Assembly: GCF_001194135.2 (NCBI RefSeq) | Contig: NC_068984.1 | Coordinates: 94,478,489 to 94,523,426, forward strand | Length of the DNA stretch: 44,938 nucleotides | DNA from: Octopus bimaculoides | Lineage: Eukaryota | Direction: 5' to 3' | Shown here: positions 24,598 through 36,517 of the stretch, one piece after another | Position numbering within the stretch: position 1 is the first letter of the stretch | How the letters are laid out: every line of letters starts with the position of its first letter | The notes under the pieces: generated by a model | The model's database searches: none | Told to the model about the DNA's origin: nothing | What the model saw: only the letters and a program-made list of their open reading frames with translations | Translations under genes and position numbers: made by a program

Positions 24598-25430
24598 CAT
24601 CATCATTTAACGTCCGCTTTACATGCTAGCATGGGTTGGACGATTTGACTGAGGACAGGTGAACCAGATGGCTACACCAGGCTCCAATCTGATTTGACAG
24701 AGTTTCTACAGCTGGATGCCCTTCCTAACGCCAACCACTCCGAGACTGTAGTGGGTGCTTTTACGTGCCACTGGCACAAAGGCCAGTCAGGCGGTACTGG
24801 CAACGGCCACACTCAAAATGGTGTATTTTACATGCCACCTGCACAGGAGCCAGTCCAGTGGCACTGGCAACGATCTCGCTCGAATGTCTTTACACGTGCC
24901 ACNNNNNNNNNNNNNNNNNNNNNNNNNNNNNNNNNNNNNNNNNNNNNNNNNNNNNNNNNNNNNNNNNNNNNNNNNNNNNNNNNNNNNNNNNNNNNNNNNN
25001 NNNNNNNNNNNNNNNNNNNNNNNNNNNNNNNNNNNNNNNNNNNNNNNNNNNNNNNNNNNNNNNNNNNNNNNNNNNNNNNNNNNNNNNNNNNNNNNNNNNN
25101 NNNNNNNNNAGGAAAGGTGCGCATAAGTGGGCTGGCTACACCCCTGGCAGAGGCCTTGGATTTAGGTCTCACTTGGCTTGCCAGGTCTTCTCATGCACAG
25201 CATATTTCCAAAGGTCTCGGTCAGAAGTCAGCACCTCGGTGAGGCTCAGTGTTCGAAGGTCGTGCCTCACCACCTCATCCCAGGTCTTCCTGGGCTTACC
25301 TCTTCCACAGATTCCCTCAACTGCTAGGGTGTGGCACTTTTTCACACAGCTATCCTCATCCATTCTCGCCACATGACCATACCAGCGCAATCGTCTCTCT
25401 TGCACACCACAACTGATGCTTCTCAAAGTT
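24598..25430 (-). mobile_element. RTE-clade LINE 3' end
   Basis: ORF 25169-25426 RRLRWYGHVARM…GRGKPRKTW…DRDLW, then UTR and (GAT)n tail at about 24598. Confidence 0.88.
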
Positions 25431-26222
25431 CGGGAAGAATGGAAAAGTTTTTTACATTTCGAGCCTATGCTCTTTGACAGAAAGTATTAAGAGGAAAAAA
25501 ACAGAGAGAGAAGGAAAAATACAGAGAGAGAGAAAAAATGTATATTTGCTAAATTTTTTTAAATTATGAAACCCAGTTCAAAAGAGAATACAATTCCAAT
25601 AACCCTTTTCTGAAGAAACCCAGAAAGAAACCCAATACAACAATGACTAAACAACCAGTTAATCAAACTGTAGATATCTAAAAGAACACAACCACACAAA
25701 ATTAACCTTACACTGGGAAGTAAATTGTTTTCAAACCAGAAATAGGGACAGCTCCAAAATTAAAAGGAACCACCTCAGAGTTAGGTGTATCAATTTTCCT
25801 CCAGCAATGAGAAACACTCCAGGGAATACATTTAACCCTCAACTCAGACCATGTAATTACAACCAATATGCTCAGACAGCAAAAACCAGCCTCCTCACAA
25901 TTCAAATATAATTAGTAACACTGACAATTCACAACAATGTAATTAAAACAAACGTTTTTAGACCTGTTCCAGAGGAACAGGGTCATACATTGAAACAAAA
26001 CATACAGGAAAACCCCAAGTAATAAACTTAGCAAAGAAAACTTTCTTAACAAAAATCAACATGCTAGAGAAAGGTCTAAAATTTACCCCAACTCCTCACA
26101 GATTGAATCAAAATGAAATTGAAGACAATATTACAGAATTTTGCCAAAAACTGTGACTTACAGATGCACTACTTGATTATAATAATGATGATGAATCACT
26201 GGTCAAAAACAAAAGCAATTAT
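25430..26222 (+). mobile_element. PLE (Penelope/Poseidon-like) N-terminal region
   Basis: VINLAKK…LEKGLKFTPTP…EFCQKL*L…SLVKNKSNY; continues after 28350. Left boundary approximate. Confidence 0.65.
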
Positions 26223-28343
26223 TTTATTCTGTCTAGGGAGAGTCATTCTCTTTTAGTGCCTTATTATTTAACACACTCACTGGTTCATTTTCCACTAATT
26301 TAGTAACTTATTTTTTCTAAAACTTTTGTTTCATCTTGCAACCTTTTCAATAGTCATTGACTCTGTCCATTATCAGAGCTGTCCGTTATCAGAGCTGCAT
26401 TCATTTTATTTGTTTGTTTGTGTGCATGTGTGTGCATGTGTATACAGATATGAATGTATGTATATATATATATGGATGTATGCATGCATGTATGTATGTA
26501 TGTATGTGTATGCATGTATGTGTGTGTGCATATATATGTATGCGTATGTGTATGTTTGTATGTATGTATTCTGCATATTTATGTGCTTGTGTGTTCATGT
26601 TTGTGTGTGTGTGTGTGTATATGTGTGTGTGTATTTGGGTGTGTAACTCTGTCTCCTTGTGTGTGCATGTTTTGAATGTGTCGATGTGTATGGGTTTGTG
26701 TGACCATGTACGTGCGTCTATTATGTATGGATGTGTGTCTCCATATGTGTCCTTGTGTGTGTGTGAAGTGTGCATGTGTGTATATGGTCATGTTTTCAGT
26801 CTTCATTTGTGTATGTATGTGTGCTTGTCTGTCCGTATTACTTATGTGTCTATCTATCTATTTATCTATCTGTTTATTTATATATCCATTTACCTATAGA
26901 CACACATACACACACACACATCTACATAACAGCTCACTAACAACTCTGCTTGTGTATATTTAAACTGTGGGTATTGGGGTATGACTACCTTCTACATATA
27001 TTTCCTATTTAGTACTGGGGATGTTTCATTTATGAGGACGTACTCCTCTATATGTCTGAGTGTTGGATCCTTCGGGTGCTTGGATAAAATGTGGATGTCA
27101 AGTTGACCCAGTGTGCCTCCATGTTGGTCTTTGGCATGCTGGTAAAGTGTGGAGGACTGTTTTTGTCATCATATTGTCTCTCTGCAATGCTTCTAGATGT
27201 CTCACCTATGTATGTCTTTACAAGCCCCCCTCTATGCACCTTATGCTGTAGACTACATTTCTAGTTTTACAGTTAATGCCAGGGTTAATCTTACATACCA
27301 TGCAGTTGTCATTGGTGCATGTGGCATTCTCAAAGGGGTGTGTCCTACATAGTTGTGATCTGATGGAGCTCCCTGGCTTTTCAATGACCTTAATGTCGAG
27401 TTTGCCCTCCTTCAGAGCTTTCCAAAATCTTCGGGCTAGTTCTCCATGAGCTGTGGCCACTACAAACGTCACTCCTTAATATTTTTCACCGTTTCCTTTG
27501 TCACAAACTCTTCGTATCCTATTCCAGTCTTTACTTCTATATCTAGGGCAAGTACCATTGGTTTCATTACATATAATGCTAGCTAACTTCTTTCTAGCTC
27601 CCCTGTATACCCAAACCCTATCTTTCTGATCATATCCAGAGAATTGCATGCAGTGCATGAAGTTCTGTACATGTTTCTTTATTTCATAGAGTTTGCATAG
27701 TGGGGACACTTTGTTCATTATCCTAAGTCTGCTATCAGTATGTTGATTTTCATGTGTGACAAAGCTGAGTTCTTGTGAGCAACATATTTAGAAGCTATGG
27801 GTCTCATGAAATAGGAGTGGAAGAGCTTCACTCTTTTGTTCACAGTCTCTAACCAAAGTTCAGTATCAAGGACAGGGAGTCTATTGTTAGGGTGTCTAGT
27901 GAAGTAATCTTGATACTTTGGTGGATGGAGTTAGCTACGTGCTGGATACTCTCCATTATGCTCCTCTCGGTTTCTGCATTACAGTTACAAGAGTTTGTCC
28001 TTAGAATATTAATGTCATCTACATACCTACAGTAAAGCAAAACAGTTGTGGATTGTTCTGCTAAGGATTGTTTAAGTTTTCTGTCCCACCAGGTCATGAA
28101 GAGTCTGGCCACATTTCCAGCCACACTGACACCAATGGCTGCACCTTGAACCTGCATGTATAGTTTCCTGTTAAACTTTGCTATGTGGTTCTTCAAAATA
28201 ACTAAATGAATGAAAATCGAACTGGTGAGTGTGTTAAATAATAAGGCACTAAAAGAGAATGACTCTTCCCAGACACAATAAAATATGATTCAACACATGA
28301 GTTCTCATAAAGAATCTTGCAAACCAAATACAAAAATGAAAAA
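26223..28343 (-). mobile_element. Neptune-like PLE insertion with inverted 5' copy of its 3' end; TSD CAATTAT
   Basis: RT: YMQVQGAAIGVSVAGNVARLFM…RYVDDI. Linker: C…C..C…CKTRNVVYSIRC. GIY-YIG: TYIGETSRSIAER; KDPTLRHIEEYVLINETSPVLNRK. UTR at 26223-27000, inverted UTR copy at 28197-28343. CAATTAT at 26216-26222 and 28344-28350. Confidence 0.8.
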
Positions 28344-28350
28344 CAATTAT

Positions 28351-28805
28351 ATTCCACCTAAAACACTTGATGACTTTTATGACCATGGTCTGAATTTCCT
28401 GAATAATACTATACATGGATAAAAAATCTACTCAAACCTCCACAATACTGAATAGAATATACTGTGGTACATACTCCAACCTACTGGAAGGTTCAGAATT
28501 CTACTTCAAAGAAGGACAGCAATTCATTAAGACAGGATTTACTTGTGCATCCAAAAATTTAATACATGTGATATCTTGTTCAGGATGTGGATACAACTAT
28601 ATTGCTCAAACAAGGATATCCTTCAAAAAGAAAATAACACTGCATAAAGAAGAAATCTATTTCCCAAGGTATAGACAAATACCATTAGGCAAACATAGAG
28701 AGATGTGCGGGGCATCACCAACCAAACTTCACTGTTTTTTCCTGTTTATCAATTCAAAGAAACGATTTCTATACAACAATGATTAAACAAAGAGAATATA
28801 TTTAT
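28351..28805 (+). mobile_element. PLE continuation: GIY-YIG endonuclease remnant
   Basis: IPPKTLDDF continues NKSNY. ORF 28415-28786 has FTCASKNLIHVISCSGCGYNYIAQT…H…C. The RT core is missing between the two. Confidence 0.75.
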
Positions 28806-29600
28806 TTAAATGGAAAAAATTGTTCAGACTTTAAATTTTTGTCAAAAAAAAATTATCGCTTTACAGAAAAAGTTTTAATAAAATGTTAAGCCTTCAAAAG
28901 TTAGAAACAATAATTGAAAAAATAAAAAAAATTTAATTGGCATTTTGTCACACTTTCTGAAAAAAAAAAATAGTTTTAATAAACTCTTCCTCTTCTTTCT
29001 TTTCCTTTTCTCTCCGCCATTCCATTTTTCAATCCTTTCTCTTCATCTAGGTCATCATCCTTCTTCCCAAACCTATCTTGCTTTCATGCTTCTTCTCTGT
29101 CTCTTCTTTTCCTTTTCTCTTCTTCATTCCAGCATTCAACTCCTTCCATCTTTCTTCATCCAATAGCTCATTATCCTTCTTCCTGGATCTATCTTTGTTT
29201 CTTGTTACTCCTCTCCCCCTCCCCTCCATTTTCTCTCCTCTCCTCCATTCCATTATTTGTCTCCTTCCGTCCTTAATCCCCCATCAAATTTTTCTATTTG
29301 TGCTTCTAAAGAAAATGATATAGTTAATCTTCATTTGTTAATAAAAAGGGATTGAAGTGGTGGTATTCCCCACCACTTTAAAAATAAGATTTGTTTGCTA
29401 ATGAGATGAGCATTTCAAAAAGTGCAACAAAATGCCAATTAAAATTAAAATAATTTTTAAATTCTAGTTTCTAACTTTTGAAAGCTCAACATTTTATTAA
29501 ACCATTTTCTGTAAAACAACAATTTTTTTAAGAAAAATTTAAAGCTTGAACATTTTGTTGAACCCTTTTTCTGTAAAACAGGAATTTTTTTCCATTTGAA
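28805..29600. repeat. Imperfect inverted repeat pair (about 28805-28960 and 29415-29600) around a pyrimidine-rich spacer
   Basis: e.g. aataaaatgtt.agc.ttcaaaagttagaaac…ttaattggcattttgt versus its reverse complement; roughly 80% identical by eye. Confidence 0.75.
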
Positions 29601-29627
29601 TTTCTTGTTTTTTAAGATTATATTATA

Positions 29628-30449
29628 CTAGCTGTTTTTCCCAGTTTCACTCGGGCAGTGTGGTGGATTTGGTTAAAGGCTATTTCCTATATATATTTTG
29701 AATAATAAAAAGAACTAAAAATAAAAAAAATTTAAAAATTCCCAAAACAAAAAAAAGTAAGAACAACCCCAAAACAATACGATGCTAAGGATTTTGTGGG
29801 TCGATATTGTAAAACTAACTTCATGTGTGTACCCATAGCCCCATGTAGTCACGGAACCTTATTTGTGGTATAACCTCGCCTTAAAAGAAAAATATATGGT
29901 NNNNNNNNNNNNNNNNNNNNNNNNNNNNNNNNNNNNNNNNNNNNNNNNNNNNNNNNNNNNNNNNNNNNNNNNNNNNNNNNNNNNNNNNNNNNNNNNNNNN
30001 NNNNNNNNNNNNNNNNNNNNNNNNNNNNNNNNNNNNNNNNNNNNNNNNNNNNNNNNNNNNNNNNNNNNNNNNNNNNNNNNNNNNNNNNNNNNNNNNNNNN
30101 NNNNNNNNNNNNNNNNNNNNNNNNNNNNNNNNNNNNNNNNNNNNNNNNNNNNGAAAAAAATAATCTTTCTTGTGCTGGTTTTTCGTAAAATTTCGCGCAT
30201 GGGAAAGGCAACAAAATTGCCCCCCCCCCACTTTGAATGGGATATTCCTATCTTAAAAAGTAATAATCGATTATCTCGGTAACCATGGGAGTTGGAGGGC
30301 AATAAAAATCTGAACATGAGCGGACCATGCTGCCGCTCTGTGCTGAATTTCACGCGATTCCACTGCACCGTTCTCGAGTGAATCTGCCGACACTCAATCA
30401 ATCAATCAATCAAGCAAGCAATCAAGAACACTGCAATTTATAGTATAGA
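29628..30449 (-). mobile_element. Non-autonomous Helitron (822 bp including a gap), both ends present
   Basis: Minus strand A|TCTATACTATAAA…CAGCTAG|T. Hairpin at 29640-29655, 8 nt from the CTAG. No TSD. (CAAT)n near the 5' end. Confidence 0.8.
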
Positions 30450-31134
30450 TCATTTATTATTTAGATTGTTATTCAAGTGCCATCGCCATCATTAGCCCAA
30501 TTTCTGGTTCACCCCAATACCACATTGAGGTGGTTGTTGGTTTTTATGGGGGAAAGGCCATTACTGATTTTTAATTTTTATTTTATAATTATCATTTAGG
30601 ACTGTTATTTCATTTCAATTACATTTTTTTCAAAATCAAAGCAACATTTTGGAAGGAAAATTGGCATTGTAAAAAGTGATTTTAGTATCACTAATAGTAT
30701 TCCATTTGTCAGCATAATGTTTCACAATACAAGTATAATGCTCAAAAGCTCTAAATGTGCTTGACCACTACATTCGTTTAATTTGAGTATAATATGTGGT
30801 ACATAAATATATATGTTACTTTATACATAAAACATATCTGATTATTTAGCCCCAAACCACTCCTGAGCTAGCAGACCTACAATCAAAGATGTCTCAGCAT
30901 GACCAGCCATTATGTATTTCTGATACAGTACATCTAGAAATACATCATCAAAAGCGTCTTTTCTAAGAGACAGTAGGTAGTGATTTGAAGGTAATCTGGT
31001 TGCTATTTCTAACAGGTTGAATGACCATGTTGTTGCACTTAATAACACCTGTACCACTCTCTGTTTATGTTATACAGTGAAAAGGATCCAGTGAAAAGGA
31101 AGAAAAGTACTAATTTAATGAATTAATGAGAATT

Positions 31135-32069
31135 TGGAAAGGTTGCTAAATGAAAAGAATGAATGGGAGAAAGAGCCTGCCAAATGTCAACCCAACACAG
31201 GGAGCAGCTATCCAAATTGACAGTACCTTGGTAAATAAAGCAATTAAGGGTATGAAGACAGGGAAAGCCCGCGGCCCATCAGGAATCACCGCAGAGATGC
31301 TCAAAATATCTGGTAGTGTTGGCTATAGCCTAGTCACCTATATTGTTAACCAGGTGATACACGAAGGAGTCATATCCAATGACTGATGTAGCAGCACCAT
31401 AGTCAACTGCTACAAAAGTAAAGGTGATGCATTAGATACAAATAATTACAGAGGTTTCAAGTTGTTGTATCAGGCAATGTAAGTCACAGAGAGGGTCATA
31501 GCCCAACTAATTAGGGAGAGAGTTTAGACGAGATGAAGTTTGGGTTTGTGCCAGAGAAAAGCACCACTGATGCTATATTTCTGGTAAGACAGCTGCAGGA
31601 GAAATACCTAGCTGAAGATAAACCTCTGTACCTGGCTTTCGTTGACATGGAAAAGGCCTTTGACAAGGTCCTCCAATCCCTTATCTGGTGGTCAATATGG
31701 AAACTAGGAATAGATGGGTGGTTAGTGAGAGCTGTACAAGCCATGTTCAGAGATGCTGTCAGTAAGATGAAGGTTGGCAATAAGTACAGTGAAGAATTCC
31801 AGGTAGGGGTAGGGGTCCACCGAGGTTCAGTCCTCATCCCCCTCTTATTCATCATAGTCCTCCAGGCAATAACAGAGGAATTCAAGACAGGATGTCCCTG
31901 GGAGCTCCTCTATGCTGACCATCTTGCTCTAATTGCTGAGTCACTATCAGAACTAGAGGAGAAGTTTCAGGTGTGGAAGCAAGGTCTAAAATCAAAGGGC
32001 CTTAGAGTCAATCTAACAAAAACCAAAGTCTTGATAAGTAGGAAGACAGACAAATCCCTTCAGGTAGAT
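31135..32069 (+). mobile_element. RTE-clade LINE RT fragment
   Basis: ORF 31150-31386 (KGMKTGKARGPSG) and ORF 31533-32150 (VRQLQEKYLA…DMEKAFDKV…LYADHL…RVNLTKTK). Confidence 0.9.
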
Positions 32070-35000
32070 GCCACAGGGGGTAAAAGAAAAAAAATTAAAA
32101 AAAACAAGACAAAATCAAACAAGCAAAGCAGGGAAGTACACAACCCCTGAAAGCCAAACCAGCACCAACACCACAAAAACGCATACAATGCTCTCTGCTA
32201 TAAACACAAAAGACACAAAACTAATGAACTATCTTGCATCTCACACAAACATATGTGAAGATGACTTCAAAAATAACAATCACCCATGAACAACACCACC
32301 AGAACATATTAAAATATTACACAACACAAACACAGTACCACAAACTCAAATCCCTCTATCCAAATGCGGCAGGAGGGTTCCAAAAATTCCTATCTAAAAA
32401 ATTATTTAAAGACCTTCTCCAAGACACTTCAAAGGAGGAGTGTAAAACTTTCGAAATGAGTAAGTAGCCATTTCTCTCGTCTCTTTACATTTTCGACAAA
32501 ATTATGTTTAAATTAGGTGGTGTAAATGTACGTGGCTTGGCGTCAGCTTGGAAACAAGGTTATCTTCTAAATGACATCAAGTCACAGAATGTAGAAATCA
32601 TAGCTATCAGTGAAACCAGGCTCAGTAACCCTCGCGTCCATGTTTAGCGGACAATTCGACATTTATTTTTCTCCCTGTCTGCCAAACATGGGTGGTATCG
32701 CGGTGCTTTTCCGGAAGAGTCTAAGCCTAAAATAAGGCCAATATTCCTAGACCCGGAGGGTAGGCTGGTTATCTTGGACGTTGATGGCAGAAATGGGTGT
32801 GCTTTCCTTCTGATGGCAGTGTATGCACCGTCCTTAACGGGTCGGGCGGATTTCTTTAGACGTCTAGAGTTTTTCCTGGGAACGTCTTGACCTTTACTGT
32901 TAGTAGGGGACTGGAACGCTACCTTGGACACGCATCTAGACTATGTGGGAATGGATAGGAATAGAAGAGGATGTAAGTGCCTCAAAGACCTGCTCAGACG
33001 TTTCCATTTGTCTNNNNNNNNNNACTATGTGGGAATGGATAGGAATAGAAGAGGATGTAAGTGCCTCAAAGACCTGCTCAGACGTTTCCATTTGTCTAAC
33101 AGGTTCCGACTCGACCATCCGAACATGCCAACGTGGACTTGGACAAACCACGTCGGATCGTCGAGATCGATCCTAGATAGAGTTCTATGTAGGACAGCGG
33201 ATAGAGTACGATGTCCACAATTTAAAATAGTCAGCTACACAGATCACAAATTTGTGACGTGTACGCTCAACTTAGATAAGATATATAGGCAGGGTCACGG
33301 TTACTGGAAACTGAACGCTTCGCTCTTAGCGCGGCAGGTTTACAGGAACTGGATTAGCGAGTTAATTGAGAGGACGTTAACAGGAGCTATTGTTAACAAC
33401 TGCTGGTGGTTTGCCCTAAAAATGGCAATTAAATTGGAATCGATTAGGTTTAGCAAAGAATTTGCGATAGATCGAAATAGAGTAGAGGGAGACTTAGTTA
33501 AGAAACTAGAAGAGGCACTTACAACTAGCAGCGTAACCAATGTGTTGACTCCGAGGATGGCCCTCAACCAACACCTCAACACCAAACACGATGGTTGCGT
33601 CGTCAGAGCTAAAATGCGTGCCTTAAAGAACGAAGGGATCGAAGCTGCGCGAGAAGCCCGGGTAGTGGAGGCACAACGCGGTAACAAAGCCACCATTCAG
33701 TCTCTAATAGATCAACAGGGATGCAATTTACTCGAACCCGAAAGAATGTGTGAGGCCTTTCAACAGCACTTTGCTCGACTGTTTGGTATGAGTGCTGGGT
33801 TGGAACGCAGGATGGACTTCAGTGCCTACTTGACCGGCCTGCCGCAGCTCTCGGCAAGAGAAGCAGAGTATTGTGAGGGTCCCATCACAGCTGCTGAAGG
33901 GATGCGATGGAGGGCTGCGCGAGGGATAAGTCACCTGGATTAGATGGTCTACCCTACGAGCTGTATTGTCAAATGCCAGGTTTGTTTGGCGACCTCCTGG
34001 CATCAGTCTACTGCAACTGGCAACAAAACGGGAGAATTCCCGGTTTTGTGAGCCGAGGTGCAGTGACATTGCTGAAGAAAGACCCAAGCAAGGGGAATTT
34101 TATAGATAATTTCAGGCACATGACTCTGCTCAATGCAGATTTGAAAAGTAATAACCGAGAGGTTGGCGCTTGTCATCAATAAACTGGTCGACAAGGCGCA
34201 AACATGCGCCGTGCCAGGAAAAAGCATCTATGACAACCTCCACCTCATGTGCTACATCATGGACAGGGTAGTTAAGGATCCTGGCATGGGTGGGGCGTTG
34301 ATCAATTTAGATCAATCTAAAGCCTTCGATAGGGTCGACCATTGATACCTGGCGGCCGTCCTCAGGGCGGCTAGCTTTGGTACCATCTTCCGCAGTTGGA
34401 TCGCTGCCTTGTATAGCGGCATCCAATCGGTAATTCAGGTAAATNNNNNNNNNNNNNNNNNNNNNNNNNNNNNNNNNNNNNNNNNNNNNNNNNNNNNNNN
34501 NNNNNNNNNNNNNNNNNNNNNNNNNNNNNNNNNNNNNNNNNNNNNNNNNNNNNNNNNNNNNNNNNNNNNNNNNNNNNNNNNNNNNNNNNNNNNNNNNNNN
34601 NNNNNNNNNNNNNNNNNNNNNNNNNNNNNNNNNNNNNNNNNNNNNNNNNNNNNNNNNNNNNNNNNNNNNNNNNNNNNNNNNNNNNNNNNNNNNNNNNNNN
34701 NNNNNNNNNNNNNNNNNNNNNNNGACAAGCGCGTCGGCATATGCGGACGATGTCACCGTCATAGTGTCGAGCCAAAAGCACATCGAGATGCTAGGCAAGA
34801 CACTTAAAGAATACGAAACGGTGACAGGAGCAAAAATTAACCCGGAAAAGTCTGTGGGTTTGCTATTCGGCACCTGGAGAAGCAAGCCCATACCGTCCAA
34901 CAGTGACTCCGTAGTGGGGTGCTGGACGGACGGACCTGTTAAACTGCTCGGGGTCTGGTTCAGTCCAGACCTCCAAATGGATAAGAACTGGGACGAGATC

Positions 35001-36491
35001 ACCAGTAGAGTGGTCACACTCAGCCAAACATGGGCCAAGAAAAAGCTATCTCTAAAAGGTCGGGCGGAGGTGGCTAATGCGTATATCGCATAAGTCATCG
35101 ATTACCGCCTGACCATTGTGCCTTGTCCCAATGCCACCATCATGAAACTAGAACACATACTCTTCTGCTTTCTGTGGAAGGGTAGCGTTCCGATGGTGAG
35201 GCGATCCATTTGCTGTCAACATCCCTTAAATGGAGGACTGGGGATGCCGTGGTTAATGATGCGCAGACATGTGCTGAGACTGCGGCATCTCTGGAACTTC
35301 ATTGACGACGGTGAACAGGTGTGGCGCTGTTTGTGAGGCTCACCTTCCCGCAGCTCGTCTCACTCACCGAACTGCAAACATGGATCAAAAAGAGACTGAA
35401 ACTGGGCAATTGGCACCGCGAGTGTCGCCAAGCTCTACAGCAGCTCTGCCGTCCGGGATCAAACTTGTGCAACTTCCAAACGACCAATGCGTTTTATAGA
35501 GGACTAGTGGAGGGGCGGTCCAACGACACTCACGGGGCAAACCTGGTTGTCGATGAGAAATTCCTAACCCATCTTTTCAGGATGACTTTCGGGCCGGGGG
35601 CCTATGGATAACTTCCAGAGATCCCTGGCTTGGCAATGCTATCGGGACGCACTACCAGTACGAGAGAAGATCTACAGACACGGTTCGAAAGCCACCAGAC
35701 CGACCTGCCCGAGATGCAGTCAGAGCGACGAAACCGTTCTGCACGCACTCGTGCAGTGTCCAGATATTTCAGAGCTGTGGACCTTCGTCGAACGGCAGTT
35801 GTCGTGTGTAGGACAAGCCCGCTTATCAGCCGAGTCTATCGTGAATATTGTTCTGCCACCTTCCTTTAAACAGGAAGGAAAAAGTTTTCGTAACACTGAT
35901 AGTTTGTTTAATTTGTTCTGGTGTGAAATGTAGAAGTGTCTTTTTTCGTTTCAATGCTTCTGCAAAATTGGATTTGTTTTCGGTGGGAGTGTTGGTGGCA
36001 GAGATGTCTGGTTTTGCAGTAGAAGGTGAAATTTTATTGGTAGTGATGGTTTTTTTCTTTCAAACAGTTTGATGGCTTTGCGACGGTATTGCTGTTGTTG
36101 CTGGTGTTGCTGGTAGCAGTGGTAGTCTTGGTGGGGATGGTGGTGACAGGGCTGTTAACAGTCGTGGTTGCAGTATCTGTGATGTTGACAGCGTTCACTT
36201 TTAAGTCTGTAATACTTGTCTTTGCTTCATTTGTATTTTTCATTACTGTAGTTGATTTCGTGTGTGCGCGCGTTCATGAATTATTCTTTTTTTCTCCTAG
36301 CGTTTCAAGCCTTGGGATCTTTATGTATTATTTTGATTTTGTTTGTATATATCCGAAACGATTTCGATTCCTTTTGATTGTTGTCCCTACTTTTGTCTTT
36401 TTTTTTTAGTTTGTTTTCGCGCCGTCGAAAAGAAAAACTCTACATTGTATTTGTCCCATCTGTGTGCAGCCCTGTGTGGCTAATAAAGAAA
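32070..36491 (+). mobile_element. Tx1/L1-clade LINE copy 1 (ORF1 tail/linker, ORF2 from ATG 32504, 3' UTR)
   Basis: MFKLGGVNVRGL…AISETRL; GDWNA; YTDHKFV; GYWKLNAS; KSPGLDGLPYELY; LDQSKAFDRVDH; YADD at 34740; WQCYRDALP…CPRC…ETVLHALVQC (zf-RVT). Stops and frameshifts throughout. Confidence 0.9.
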
Positions 36492-36517
36492 GTTATCTAT
36501 CTATCTATCTATCTATC

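Noticed and set aside
26340-26400. Hammerhead-like CTGATAAT-GGAC-AGA-GTC in the Neptune 3' UTR (also about 16400-16425)
   Set aside because: The conserved G8 is an A and no GAAA follows the stem; not supportable without a consensus.
13804-26963. His/Thr- or Cys/Val/Met-rich ORFs (13804-14659, 16375-16967, 26326-26963)
   Set aside because: Translations of (TG)n/(CA)n microsatellite in the PLE UTR, not proteins.
27000-27060. Hairpin plus GAAAC suggesting a ribozyme
   Set aside because: It is coding sequence of the PLE C-terminus (EEYVLINETSPVLNRK) and has no CUGANGA.
32940-33097. Exact 74-bp tandem duplication in Tx1 ORF2
   Set aside because: The two copies flank a 10-N gap: an overlapping contig-end artefact.
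3785-34807. Long ORFs full of X (e.g. 4588-5553, 20677-21519, 34307-35098)
   Set aside because: They are open only because they span N gaps.
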